Assembly: GCF_009834535.1 (NCBI RefSeq)
Contig: NC_045697.1
Coordinates: forward strand, 81,470,001 to 81,534,000
Length of the DNA stretch: 64,000 nucleotides
Direction: 5' to 3'
Source of the DNA: Camelus ferus
Taxonomy: Eukaryota
How positions within the stretch are numbered: the stretch's first letter is position 1; every line of letters begins with the position of its first letter. Below are positions 1 through 14,130 of the stretch, in pieces. The position numbers and the translations under genes were made by a program. The notes beneath the pieces are model-generated. The model saw only the letters and a program-made list of their open reading frames with translations, was not told the origin of the DNA and did no database searches.

Positions 1-409
1 CATGTTCTTATTATCTTTCTTATAACTCTTGTATTAGTATTTGCCTAATACTTTTTTTCCCTCAGGATTGTCTTTTAGATAAACAGATTTTCCTAGTTTT
101 ATTTTTTAATTTATTTTACTAAATTAAAATGCATATCTTCTAGACAGAAGAAAATTAGGAACAGGGCTGTCCTTGCAAAAAACTTTTTATTGTACATCAG
201 GACAAAAATAAAATTTATTACAGGGTTAGAACTTAGCATTTCCAAGTTAAATGAGAATTACAGTGAAATAACATAAAATCTGATCTTTATTCAGCCTACC
301 TGAGTCAGAATTTAACCTTGAATTTAGAATAATGCACATCAAAATATAGTCAAAACTTTAAAAAGTGAATGAAAAGATTTTACAGTATAGAGGATGCTTT
401 ACTCATGAA

Positions 410-660
410 TAACAATAATAATAAGGATAATATAGGAGCAATTACACTATTATGTAGTAGATAACTACTCTTTAGATGATTATCATGCAGTTCTTCAGTT
501 AATTTTCCTAACTACCAGGTGAGAGAGATACTATCATTATACTCATATAAAAATGAGAAATTTGAGATTTAAAAAGATTAAGTAACTAGGTCAAAGTCAC
601 ATTTGCTATTAATATGGATTTAAGTCTTTGTGGCTTCAAATCCCATGCTCTATGAACCAC
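410..660 (-). mobile_element. MIR SINE (ancient, degraded)
   Basis: Reverse-complement MIR core: aatgagaaa..tgagat..attaagtaact..gtcaaagtcac. Confidence 0.7.
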
Positions 661-1859
661 TTTTCTTTGAACTGTTTTTTTTTTTTTTTTTTTTTGACCA
701 TCTGTTTCAGAACCTACTGAAACAGAATGTCTGACTGTGGCACATTATAGTCTGCATTTTAACATCTGCATAAGAATTCACTTTTCTTACATATGGTAGC
801 CTGCAGAAGACAAGAAATACTAGTAAATAATTAATTATGAGTCTAATTTACTTCAAACAATGTACTAATGGACAGGATTGTAGACAGCCCAACAGTACAG
901 TGGAGTCAACTGCCTAATTTAGTAGGAAATTGCCTATTTTCAACAGTACATAGACTGGTGAAGTCTTGACAGTACCTTTGTTGAACTTTGCCTCTTCTGG
1001 TTCAGAATGAGTTCTCCATAACCTTAAAATATGTATTTGGTCACTTGTACATTATCTGTCTCTTTGACAACAATCTGAGTGAAAGGAAATGTTGGAAAAA
1101 ACAACAAAATGTGGTGCAGAAGTCCACTCCATTTCCAGTTATGTGGAATGTTCCCTCTGAGTGCTTTAAAGAGCTTTGTAGGCACCACTCTTGCTTTTCA
1201 ATGAATACATCACAGAGAGTTTGCAGTCATAATTAGAATTTTGTTGATATCATCACCACTTTCCTGGGTTTTAAACAGCTATTCTAGGTGAAACAGATAT
1301 GCTTATTTAAGGTCTTTGATATTTAAATAAAAGAATTTTTGTTCACCACTTACTATTAAAAACAAACCCAGAAAACTGATCTACTAGGGGGACATTTTAA
1401 AAGAAATTAAAATCTGAGAATATCAAAGCATGAATTTAGATGCTGAGTGTTTGAAATATGGATGAAAGAAATATTTAATATGTGTGAGGATTTTAAATAG
1501 CTTCAAATTATTGAATTTTGCTTTATTGGAATCCTGAAAAAATATTCACATTATAAGGTAATCTTGGATAATTTGTGGTAGGTTCAATATAAGTGACTTT
1601 TCTAAAGGTGAAAATCACACTTTAAAAACACAACAAACACAAAACCAAAATATTGAGGTTAAAAAAATAATAATTTCAGGCATGTGAATCATACTTAAAT
1701 GAATAGGCTATTTCCTACCTACCCATCTGTAGTGGCAAGTGACTACCTCCCATTGACTGAAAAGGACTTCAGCCAAAGTAAATAATCCTTTCAAATAAGA
1801 CTGATTTGCTCAGCTTTTCAAGTCTTTCAAAGGAACCAGTACTAAAACAAACAAACGTA

Positions 1860-2540
1860 TTTTGATACTTACAAGATTAAAGGGGTTCATTGTAGAAGTA
1901 TGTGAAGAAAATATAAGCAAAAATAAGAAAAATAAAAATTATCTATAGCCCACCAAATAGATATAATCATGCTTGCAGTATATTTATTTTCACCTTCCCC
2001 CCTCTGCCTTTCAGGACCAGAATCATAGTGGTATGATATTTAATAAATTCTATCCTTCATTTTACAATGTCTTGTATCTTGCCATGTCATAAAATAGTCT
2101 TGCATAACTCTATTTTTTTAAAGGCATTATTCTACTCCCCATTGAGGATTTTTATAAAAACAATGGTAATGAAATAGCTTCTTGTTGAACATAACACCCA
2201 CAGGATATAGGGAATAAAATATAGGCTGTGGAATAACTTCTTCCAAGCCAATGACCTGGGCTGCGTTATTTATCTTCTTTGTACCCCTGTTTCTTTAACT
2301 GAACATGTAGATAAATGTTTGCTGCATTGTGGAGTTGTGAGCATTAGGTGAGCTAATACTTCTTGAGTACAGTAACAGGAACATGAAACAGCTCAATAAA
2401 TATGAGGTGCTATGAAAGGAGAGATAATCATGTATACCTTCCTAGACGTAGAATTTCTGAGTCATAGATAATGCATAATTTTTAAAATTTTTGATGCCTG
2501 TCAAGAAATTCACCAGAATTTCCCAATGGAAAATGGAAAA
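1860..2540 (-). mobile_element. L1ME-type LINE 3' fragment interrupted by a MIR (~2220-2410, +)
   Basis: ttcattgtagaa..aaaataaaaattatctatagcccacc resembles the antisense L1ME3/4 3' end; MIR core gacctgggc..gttatttatcttctttgtacccctgtttc lies in the middle. Confidence 0.55.
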
Positions 2541-2559
2541 TACCACACACAGATATCAT

Positions 2560-2632
2560 ACATATCTATATCTATATCTATATCTATCTATCTATCTATC
2601 TATCGAGAGAGAGAGAAAGAGAAAGGGAGAGA
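2560..2632. repeat. compound (TATATC)n/(TATC)n/(GA)n microsatellite
   Basis: Directly visible tandem units. Confidence 0.9.
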
Positions 2633-4499
2633 GTTCTACTCTCATATCATACATATCACACACATAATAAATGACGGCCTTTCTGATAATTTGTATGTAT
2701 TTTTTACTTCATTATCATAAGGCACAGGTATTCTACTAATTGCTTGTTTTTCAAGTTAGGCATATAAAGTTTGAGTAGTGACCCAGTTCCACAGATCTAC
2801 AGTTGGCAGGGCTAAGTCTTCTTGCCTTTCCTCACTGCTCTGCAGGCTGACCTCTTCTACACTACATCACCCTGACATGTTGGGAAACGGGCAGAAAAGT
2901 AGTAAAAGGTGAAGGAAGGGTGTTAACACCAGGATTGTGGAGCTGGAAGAAGTCTTTGAGATAATCTGGCTCAAATGCTTCACTTTCTCCATGAGTGGAC
3001 TGATGCGAGGACCACAGTAATTCCCAGCACGTTATCTAGGTAAGGATTTCAAGAATTTCAATTAGGGTTATTGCATGCAGCTATGACATATTTGGCTGAT
3101 GTTCTGAACCTGGGATTAAAATACCTGGCTATATGTACATTAATTGTTTAGTATGACAATCTCTATTATTCTTGATATTTACATACTTATAATGCTAAAA
3201 ATTAGTATTTTATCATGTTTTATATATTTGCTATATATATTTTCTCAGAAGTCTCTGTTATTGGCTCCTCTAAGGAAAAATGTAGATAAGCTGTCCAATA
3301 TCTAAGATGATTATTAGGTTTATTAAATATAGGAAATGATGTAGAAATTCTGTTTCCTATATATATTGTTACCTATACCTATGCTATTATGGTATGCAAT
3401 ATATTTCACACATATATTTGCCCTCTGCCATTAGGATTGTAAATAACATTAATACAAACATTTTCCATGGATAATTCTGACTTCCAGATAGCTTAGTACA
3501 TGCACATACACTAGCAGGTTTATTTTTCTTCCTTCTTTTAGAATCAATATCATGGCTGTCAGCAGAGACCAGTACAGGCTTTAAGAACATTCATTGCTTT
3601 TCAGAGCTGGAGGCAGAGAGAAAATATCAGCTAGGTCCCCAGGTGAACCAATATTCTAAATCTTTTTATGTATACCTTGCTTCTCATATTAAGGGAATGA
3701 TACACTTACAGGTAAACTAATAAGATGTGTTCTGTGCCAAGGCAGAAAAAGATTAAATGAAAGATGCAATAAGTAGAGGCCAACTCCTTTCTGCTAGTGG
3801 TGATGGGAAATAGCAAAGTCTTCACTTCTCAACCTCTTTCAGCCCTCCCTTAGTTACTTCTCACTCCACCTACAGTGTCATCTCAGGTTTGCTCCTAGGG
3901 CAAGCTCTGTGTGGTAATATGGAGCAACGAACAGGAGAATCAAGCACTGACTTTTTTTTTATGGAAAGTTCTGTGAACTCTGGAAGAAATTCTAAATGTA
4001 AATAACACATTTGGATTGTCCCTTCAAATTCTTTTTCTCTATTCCACTTGAATAAATAGGTACTTGGGAGGGAGAATGAGAGACAGTTTTGTCAGGATAA
4101 GCACAGGTAAAACCAGATACAGGCTGTTATTGATAATTCCCATGAATTTAAGTGTCAGGAACTGCTCCTCCTGCTGATTAGTCTGAATAGTATTTTTCCC
4201 CCAGTTCTTGCAGCCTCAAAACATAGATTTGCCCATTTATTTTAAAATGTTGTGTTCTCAATTCTTTGGTTTGATCTTTTCGGCTATTAACTTCCCTCTT
4301 GTTTTGCCTTTTCTCTTTACAACTCCCTCCCTTCCAATTCCCACAAACCTGTTTACTGATTTGATCACTTTTGCCTACTGCAGACCCATCAAAGCTTTTT
4401 TTAAAAAAATTCCGAGGACATTCAGCAAAGACCTGCACAAACTGGTGTTCTTGTATGTGGCTGAGGTTGGAGCATTTATAGCATACGGGAAAATCTATG

Positions 4500-4615
4500 T
4501 TAATTCACTTTACTTAGGTTTATTGAATGTTTATCTATACACTAAGCACTGTGCTAGGTGCTAGGAAATTAAGAAGAATAGATAGTCTCTGATTCGGGAA
4601 ATTCAGTCTCCCTGG
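4500..4615 (-). mobile_element. L2 LINE 3' end fragment
   Basis: tttattgaatgtttatctatacactaagcactgtgctaggtgctagg matches the antisense L2 terminal motif. Confidence 0.7.
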
Positions 4616-6864
4616 TGCCTTCCTAAAATCCAAGAAGAATGGGCAGTCACAGGATCTCCTTAGGAAATGGATATTCCCAGAGAGAAAAATTAAACTTTAA
4701 GTTTGTACAAGCTAAAAAAAAAAAAAGCATAAGGTACCAAGTATATGAAGGGGGGCTCTGTTGTCTATGTCCATCTGCACCTGTGAGCCAGTGCCAGGGG
4801 TATGTTCTAAATGAGCAAATGCTCTAAGAGTATTATGTTGTGTTGACTGTGCCAATCGTACTGATTTTAAACATCATCAGAACCCAGACTAACTAGAAAA
4901 CACTGTCCACTAAATTAGTCAGAAAAGCCGATTGGAGATTTTTTTTTAATGAAGATAGAAACATATGATGGGCAAGAGGACATTTCGCTCAGTTTAGAGA
5001 TTATATTAAGCACAGATGTGAGTTGATTCAGGAGAACTTGTCTGCTGTAGACACTTTCTGAATATACTTATTTGAAGACAATACGTGCATATATATACAT
5101 AAGCACCCTAATGTAATTTTTAAAAAATCATATTCATTTATTCTATAAGAAGAAGGACTCAAGACTTCATGAAGCTAAGAGAACATTAAAAAGGTACACT
5201 GTGCTAAAAGAAAGCAAAGGAGCAACAGACATTTTTAACTGTATACACCTAACTGTATTTTTATGGCAATTCTTCACTGTGAACATTTTTACTTCAAGCC
5301 AAGAGTAAGCGTAGAAAAGTACACAGATATTTCACAGAAGTTCCCTTTTCCTCTTCTTTGTTTTTAAGTGAATGTGTCAAGAAGAAAAACTAAGAGAGGG
5401 AAGTTGAGGAGTTAATATGGCAATTTGATCAATAGGCATGATGCCAAAATAGCACTTTGTGTGAACAACTGAAGAAGAACCGATAAATGCAAACAATGGG
5501 CACAGCTGGAAGCCAAAGAAGGTAGAAATTTTATTTTGGACCATATAACCATGACGTTGTTATTGGAGAAGCAGCAGGCTTAGCTGATTATGCTTTTGTG
5601 CAATAAGTAGATGTGGTGTTTTAATTTGGAGTAAAAGCAACAAAGTCAGCCTGAGGTTAGAAGAGTGGGTTTTAGGCTCTCTCCCAAGTTCCAATACTAA
5701 GAATAAATGGTGTGTGCTGACTAAGTGGGAGAAACAGCAAGGATAATGCATTTAAATAGACGGAAAAAATATGTTTTTGAGATCAGCTTCCCATGGGGAA
5801 AACAATCATTACTGGGGAGTGTCCATCTAAAACTACAATTCAAGATTAAACTTACGCAAAATCTCTGGAAAAAGGGGGATTTATTTCCAAGGTCTCTAGT
5901 CTCCTCTGTGCAATTCTAAATGCCTCTAGGCGGTATACACTTGAATGAAAAAGAACATTTTGTCACAGACAATTTGATACAGCTAATAGGAGGTACCTGT
6001 TAGATTCAAAGCACAGCTCAAATTGTAAAAAAGCAAGTACAAACTAACGAGACATCCCCGACCCTCAAGCTTGTGCCTCACAAAGTCTCTCAGAGGCTCC
6101 CTTTTCCCTCCCTATGAGTAGAGATCATGGGGTGAGAGTATTTGTGTTGCATTATTATTCAAGCCTTGGAAGTATAAATGTTACCATAATATTAAGAAAT
6201 ATGTGTGGCTATTTTTATTATTTTAGTATGAAGAAAAACTTCGATGTTAGAAGAACTTTCACAAATGCTAGTAACTTAAGAAGAAAAAATGCAATATTTA
6301 ACTACTGTAGCTTTTTATTTTTCAGATAAACTGGGTAAAAAATTTGCTGTGTATGGTGGAGGGCTTATATCCTTTATATAACAAAAGTGCTTATAACTGA
6401 ACAGAAAAGGCAGAAAGCCAATAGCAAATAAGAAACAAACATGCACAGTTAATTTTTTTTAACAAAAAGAGAAAGAGCAATAAAAATAAGATATTCGAAA
6501 TCAAACACATTTTTAAACATAAGATGCTTTAAACATCAGATTGCCAACTATGGCAGACTCTTCAGTAAAAAGATGTATTGTTGATAAAAAAAAAATCTAG
6601 TTCTGTTATAGAAGTCCACACAATTATAAGTATGCATGTTTTAAATGCAAACTTAGCTATCATTTCCATCTATCTGTCTATCTATCTACTTACCTATCTT
6701 TCTAATGATCAGGATGGGTAAACATTAAACAGTTCATTCTGGATGTTTCCAGGAAGATGAGTGGGCTAGCAGAGTTGTTAAGGAGAACCTCACTTCACAT
6801 TTCACTAACCAAAACTAGAACACATGTCTAAATCAAAACCAAGTTCCCTCATGAAACCAGGTCC

Positions 6865-7117
6865 AGCATGAGAGATGAGAACAGCTGGTTCATGGCTTGA
6901 ACCAGTTCGTGAGAGCTGACCCTGGGCATTGATTTCTAACTCCTTTATTCAGTGACAAAATATTAGTAGCTTAGAATACTCTGTGGTGAGATTATTTACT
7001 GCAAAAGAATCAGTACACAATACAAAACAGGACTTCTTTCTCTTTCTCTCTTCCTCTCTCTCTCTCCCTCTTTAATCTATAGAGATGACTGGTAAACGTT
7101 TGTTGGCACACCACCGT
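6865..7117. mobile_element. MER63A-like hAT-Blackjack non-autonomous DNA transposon
   Basis: ccagttcgtgagagctga..ttcagtgac..tagtagctt..gtggtgagattatttac and terminal aaacgtttgttggcacaccaccg resemble the MER63A consensus as recalled. Confidence 0.65.
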
Positions 7118-10100
7118 ATGGGGCCGTTATAATTAGTTTAGACACATCAAGATTTCCTCTTCAGCAGTGAGTTATATGTGAAGAGCACTTTTAGTGAAGT
7201 CAGGATTCTAAGAAATTTAAAATAGTGAATGAATGTTAAACAGTCAGTGAAAAGTGTCTGATATTGTAATACAGAGGTCAAGAACAATTATAATTTCAAT
7301 GTATTCTGGACTGGGTTCTCACATTTGAATGACCATAATGAGTTCTTGAGAATCCATTTTAAAATGTTACACTGATTAACTAGAGGACTCGAGTGAAGAA
7401 AAATAAAAAGTGCAGAATGTCTGGAATGCATGACACATAAATGATTATGCAAGGATATGTGAATGCTTAGAATGAAACAGGAAAGAATCAAAGAGGATAT
7501 AGTATCTTCCTCAATATTCAAAGGTCCATCATCATTTGGAAGACTGTTTTGAATTTTTCTAAAGAGCAAGGCTGAAATGTGCACATACACATTCATGGAA
7601 ACCAAGCTATATTCTTGACAACTAAGGTGTGATTAACAGCAGTAATTATTATGGATTTGACTACTTCTAACTCATTAGAAATAGTTTTGTTTTTTAAACA
7701 TGTATAATTTAATTACCATCATCTCTTATTACATTTTTGAAGGCATAATACCATCTTTAAACTTAATAAGGAAAAAGGCACAATTTAACTTCATAAATCT
7801 CTTTATAATCCTACTCTCATCCACTCCTATAATTATTCAAATTAATAATTCAATGGATGAAAAAAACTTTACACTGTTATAAAAACACATTAGCCTCTAA
7901 ACTTCCCTGGGTAACCCTTTTCCATGTGAACTATGATTGAATATTTTGGGATATTAACATTGAGGAACACTGCAGGTTGCAAGCAAGCATTTTTTATGTA
8001 GTGTTCCTGTCAGCACAGTGAGAAAAACAAAAATGCTTTAGTACAATCATTACCATGCACAGGAAACTAATGCTACGTTCAGGACCAGGAAGGCAGTTCT
8101 TTACTCTAGCTTCTCATTAGCTTTTCCTTTGCATTCTCAGAGCAGTAGTAACAAATGCCAAAAATCTCTTCTCCCTTACTTTATTTTGGGTGTTTGTCAT
8201 GCCACTTTTGTGACAAAGTGAGGTAAATGAAAAGCACAACCCATAAACCCATAGTCCTGCTTCTTAACAAAATAACAGCATACCTTCTACATATTACCCA
8301 CATTATGCCATACAAATTTTTCACATTTTGACTAAGGAAAAATACAGTTCCATTTATTTGTTGAAATCACAAGCAAAATGGCTAAATGCATATGATTTAT
8401 AGAGGGATGGTCAAAGCAGCCCATTTTAATTAAGAGAGTTTGGCATTGAGATAAGTTTTTACTCTGATAATGTATTACTTTCTCTGAAAATATATTACTT
8501 TCTCTGAAAATATAGTGCAAATCAGAAAATAAGGAAATAAGAGATTTTTTTCACTTTTCCATTTTAAACCAACTAACAGTATGTATTGATTCCAACTCGG
8601 AGCCACACATGGGCCAGGGACTGCAGAGTAAATGCACTGTATGGTGTGCTGTATACTCACGGTGGGGGAGGATGAACAAGTGCTCTGCACTTCATTTTAC
8701 CAGAAAATGGCAAATTTTTACATAAAACTTATTTAGACTTTAATTCAACATCTAAGTAAGAAAATATTGCAGTTAAGAATCAGAAGATCTAGACTCAAGG
8801 TCAGAATCTACAAGTGTACATAGAAAACACTTCAGCACACAAAGTTCACAGCTGCTCTATGCAGAACTGAAACACCACTGTCTTACCTTTCATAGGAAGT
8901 CTGAATATCAAATAAGACATTGTATACAATTCTAGTTTTAAAATATAAATGTAATATATACATCAAAAGTCCTGTTATATCTTCCATACATACAGAACAT
9001 CTACTATGTTCTAGATACACAATACAATGTGAATTTTTATTTAAATAATAATTATTGATGATCAGCTTAATACTAAGGTGCTGCCCTAACTTATTATCCT
9101 GTTGCTTAACCTTCTGAACAACCAGTGAGTCACATATTCTCTAAATAGAGATGAGAAAGCTGGAGCTCAGAGATGTGAAAGTATTTGTCAAAAGCTAATA
9201 ATCAACACAACAAAATTAAAAATTGATTTAGCAAGTTATAGCTCTAATGCTCTTTGGTGTGTATATATCTAAAAGACAAGGCAGTGTTTTTACCTTAAGA
9301 GAGCTTCAACTCTAATTAAACAACAAAAAAATGAAAAAAAAACTAATTAAAAACTTAAAACAAGGATCTAAGACACTTTGCCGTAATATTCTGGTATAGA
9401 AATAAGAGATAAAGAAGTTTTAAGGAAGAAGAGATTACTGAAGGGGTCTGAAGGGGTCAGGAAAGACTATAGAATCTGGGACTCAAAAGTACATTAGTAT
9501 TTTTAATGGCAACATGGGGGCTAAAAGAGGAAAATTCAAGCAGAGGTAATGGTGGGGCCAAGAATTCATCAAGACTGCAAGAGGAGGAAACTGTTAATAG
9601 ATGTTAGTATAAAGTATAATTATTCTTCCACGTGATTTGTCAAGTGCAACAATAGAAAGGAGATAGCAAAAATGCACTTTAAAAATACGTTCAAAATTCT
9701 GGCTTATAATTAATTTCCCAAAGTTACACTTTATAAAATTCGAATGAAATAAGAAGACCTAAAAATGACTTCCACTTACTCGCCTTACAGTCATCCAGCT
9801 TCCTATTTGCTTTTACATTTGATACATACACATACATTCTTAAATATTCCTAGAGACATTTTCCTCATAAACTCAGGATTGTAATTAAAAGGAACAGTTG
9901 TTGCCACTGCATCATTTCCCCATTTCCACACAGCCAGTCTGTTTGCACAATTATTCCAGTCCAAGGATCTTTCAAATACTGACATTCAATAATTACATGG
10001 TCCTTGAATACTAACATGTTGCATGCAACAGCTATATACATATTTTGTATTTTATTCATTATTGCAAGGCAATAATGGGAAACAACAGAGAACAAAGCCA

Positions 10101-11289
10101 TTGGGGCAGAGGTTAATCATTAAATAATTGATTTTTCATTATTACTTAACTCCTGAGCATACACTGAGAAGATTAGTAATTGGGTCAATTTTAGAATATT
10201 TTACTTGTCACTTTGCTTGGAACGCATAATCTTAATTTCTTTCCTTTTCCCTCTAGAATGTACACATTTATAAATCAGAAGCATATGACTTCTTATGAAG
10301 GAAGATTGATATTGATCATTAAACAGTCACAGTTCAGCTTGGCTTACTCATCTATACAGTGTGTTGAATAATATTCGCCTTGTATTTCACTCATCCCTAG
10401 GCTCTGCTAATGAATCATTAGTTATTAACACTAATAACTGAGTCATGGGTTAGAAATGCTATTTAGATATATTTTAAAACTGAATGTAAGAATTTTGGCT
10501 CCCCATATGTTTAACTAAAAAAACACACACAAAAAACAATAATAGCAAAAATACAGACACATTTACCAGGAAAGTGTTGAGAATCTTAACAGCCTAGAAT
10601 TCTGGACAAAAAAATACTTTGATTTCAAAGCATAATATACATTATGTTAATATAACATAACATAAATAAATAATATCCATATTATGCAAACTGTTTAAGA
10701 TACATTGGACGGGGAACATACACTTGGGAATACTTTCACTCTGCTTTTTCTTTACCCTTATATATATTTTTTAAGAATTAGAGATACCATTTACATTTAA
10801 CCACTAAAAAGACATTTATCACAAGTTTCAAAAAATAAAAAAAATATATAGTTTGTTGTAAATATACAAGAACATAAAAACTATTTCAATTATAAACGTG
10901 ATTGTTAATGGACAATGATATGAAAAAAAGGAATATAGCTGTTAAAGAGATTTTTGTGTTACATATAATTCAGTTCTCTATATCTGTTAAAAATTAAGAG
11001 CCATGATTCTCAAAATAAAATTGAGGTCTATTTTAATTTTGTTAGGCTACTCTGACCATTAATAGAATACTACTTAGAATATTACTACTAGTTCTGGGAC
11101 TGAGCAATGTAAGATTTATAGAAAACTGGTCATATTTGAAGGAGAGTAATAATGACATCTATGTTGTAAAATTTAATTTTCGCATAGGATGGCATCATCC
11201 ATTTCAGAAAAAGAACCAAAGAAAAGATAATAGTGTGATTTAAGTGTATTTAAATACTTCCTTAAGTATATGAATATTCATGACCTATA

Positions 11290-11480
11290 CTGACACTCAA
11301 ACATGTGTACCCAAGAGCGGTTTCAATACTGGTGGGAAAAGAAAATATTAAACTTTTATCACATTTATTTTGTCTTATCCTGTTATTCTTTTGATTATTA
11401 TATGCAAATAATATGTATATATTGATAAAATAATATAGGTATATAATTTATTAATAAATAATTAAACATATATTTATATG
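11290..11480. mobile_element. MER112/MER113-like hAT-Charlie fragment
   Basis: gggaaaagaaaatattaaacttttat..ttatcc..gtatataatttattaataaata resembles the AT-rich body of these MITEs. Confidence 0.45.
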
Positions 11481-13939
11481 TAAGTTAATGTTTAACCATT
11501 TATAAAGTTGTGCAATCACTGCTCTAGAAAATCCCTTTACACACCACGCAGGGCACAAAAAATTCAAGGGAATTCTAGAAAGCGTTAGTTGTGCAGGAAT
11601 TAAACTGAATTTACTCAATGAAAGCAATGGATAAATCATTTACTTCTATGGAGAAAAAAGAAGTGAGAAATGCACATTTCCTTAATTTAATTTTTTAATG
11701 ATATCATAAATATTATTTCACTACATATGATTTTGTAAATCATACATCATGAATATAATTTCATGATATATGAAAGCATATCCCAATAGATGTGTAAAGT
11801 TTGATTAAATACATCATGAGATTTTTCTGGTGAAATTTTTTTTTAGTAAGACACTAGGCCATTTTCATCTTTTTAAAAATGATTTCTTTGTTACAATGCC
11901 AGGTCTACTCATAGGAAGAAGGCAGGATAATTTATGAGGTTCCTTCCTGCTATTTAAAACCCTTTTTTCTATTTTAAAAATATGAATAGAATGATGTTAC
12001 TCAGTCTTAATTTGTTTTTCTTAGTTTTTTGAATGGTTCTTTTCAAAAACTGATGTGTCTGTGTCTATGTTTTCCTAAGTTGTATAGTTTTTCCTATCAA
12101 GGGCTAGAATCTTGGCAGAATTAATTTATAATTATTACCTTTGAGGCCTGAAAAGAGTCATGAGTAAGCTTGCTAAGATTGAATTAGATTATTCTTGGCT
12201 CATTAACTGATCACACTCTTTATATTTAGCTTAGTATTTCTTCTATGAACAATTTTATTTGCTAGGTTTTGTATGTATCTTAGGAAGTTGTATTGATTAT
12301 ATAGGTATGCCAAGCAAATGTATTACATTGCATATTAGGGATAGCTACCTCTGGTAAGTAGTTTCAGTCATCACAACTAAACTACTGACAGAGTCATAAG
12401 TGTGACCTTTATTACTTTAAAGTGCTTAAAGGATAAACTGTTTAAAGAAAAATATAAATTTTATGAAATATGAATATATTTTATTTCAAAATGTGTTTTC
12501 ATTGGGGGTAAATAGAAGACTACCCAAATTAAATTTACTCTCTCTAAAATAGGGGGAAATATCATAGAGATCAAGTGTGACTCTACATTTCGGGGTATGC
12601 TTTATGTTGCAAGATGGGCATATAATTCATGAGCCTAATCATGACTTCAGGGCAGGAGCCAATCTTCCAGTGGACACTGAAAAATGACGTCCTAGAAAGG
12701 TTACTTGTAATGCATTTTCTCTACTTTCATTTCCTTCTTTTCCTTCATTGGAAAAACTGATAAAATATATTTATGAAACAGTAAAAAATTGCCATTTACG
12801 GATGATTTACATTATGAAAAAATGAAAAATGTTTCAGTATCAAAAGAGATTATGGTCATACTAAGTATATTTTGTGCATTATTCTATTTCTTCCTGAGTC
12901 ATAAGTATCAAAAAAAAATTCATTGGCTTTTGAGAAGTTATAAAACTGAATAGCATTCATTAGAGAGTTTAATGTCAGGGATTAGATTACCACTTGTGAT
13001 TCAGTTTAGACTAATCCTGCATAGGTAACTAGATTGCCCTCCACATCATATTTTCATGAGGTGACAGCAATCTCTCTACACTTCTAAGATGTCCCCAAAT
13101 ATACTGCATCAAAGATCATTCTGCAATACAGCACATTAAGAGTTGAATCTTGACTCCTAAAGTGAGCATTTCTCATTATCACAATCACTGGGAAAGAGTC
13201 AATCATTTACTGCTTAAATTCAAACCTATCAAATTTTCTCAGCCAACTTAACAATGTCACCTTTGGACAACAGCAGTCTCATCCTTGGGCCTCACCATAA
13301 TTCCTTTGAAAAGCTTATTAATATGCATTTCTTCAATTCATCCAAATTTTACTCTTCTGAGTCCAGCAAAATTTGTAAGTATTTTTCTTGAGGTTGCCTA
13401 TTGTGCAAGTGATGTTTCATACTTACAAGCAAGAATTGAAAATCTATTAATCTATGAATTCATTTAATTAGTAATTATTTTAGTATCTACTTTATATGTT
13501 ACACTGCACAAGGCAAAGACTCCAATAATATATGACCTCACTGGCAGGCATTTTTAAAATCCAGTCACAGACAGAAGACATATATCAATAAACAATTTGT
13601 ATCTAACTCAATATGTCAAGCATCTGATCATAAATATGGTCAATATATGTGAAAAATTCAAATATTTAAATAGAGATCTGAAGCAGTATGAAGAATATTT
13701 TATAAAAGGATTTGACAAAATTTAGCCCATTTATTGAATAATTTTAAACATTCAATAAATGTTTATTAATTGGAATTGAATCCCCACCCTCACTGCCTTA
13801 ATTGTCCAGAGGTTGCAGAATATCCTATTTTCTCCCATTATGTTTCAGGAACATAGGGCAAATTACACATGCCTAGGAATTGAATATGCTGAAAACAGCT
13901 TTGCTAATCAGATATGGCCACGTTCCAAACACATTCACT

Positions 13940-14130
13940 TGACATTTACCCTGCAGGCCTATAACTTTCAGCTTTCCCAGGTGAGTGACATTCAGGAGGT
14001 AATTGGTCATTGAATTCTCTGAGCTCATATTATTTTTAAATGTGGCTATATGAACAGAATAACAGAAATAAATGTAATTTTGCAAATTCTGCTTTAAATG
14101 GTATAAAGGTGTATATGTAAATAAAATATT
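13940..14130 (+). mobile_element. MIR SINE
   Basis: gtgacatt..ggtcattgaattctctgagctc..tttttaaatg MIR core, followed by the aaatgtaat..tgctttaaatggtataaag tail. Confidence 0.55.

Noticed and set aside
785..825. Minus-strand acceptor (tttcttgtcttctgcag) followed 10 nt later by gtaaga
   Set aside because: A 10-nt exon with a mediocre donor; such matches are expected by chance.
7288..7605. 105-aa minus-strand ORF with a possible acceptor
   Set aside because: No recognisable homology or donor site; composition is unremarkable.
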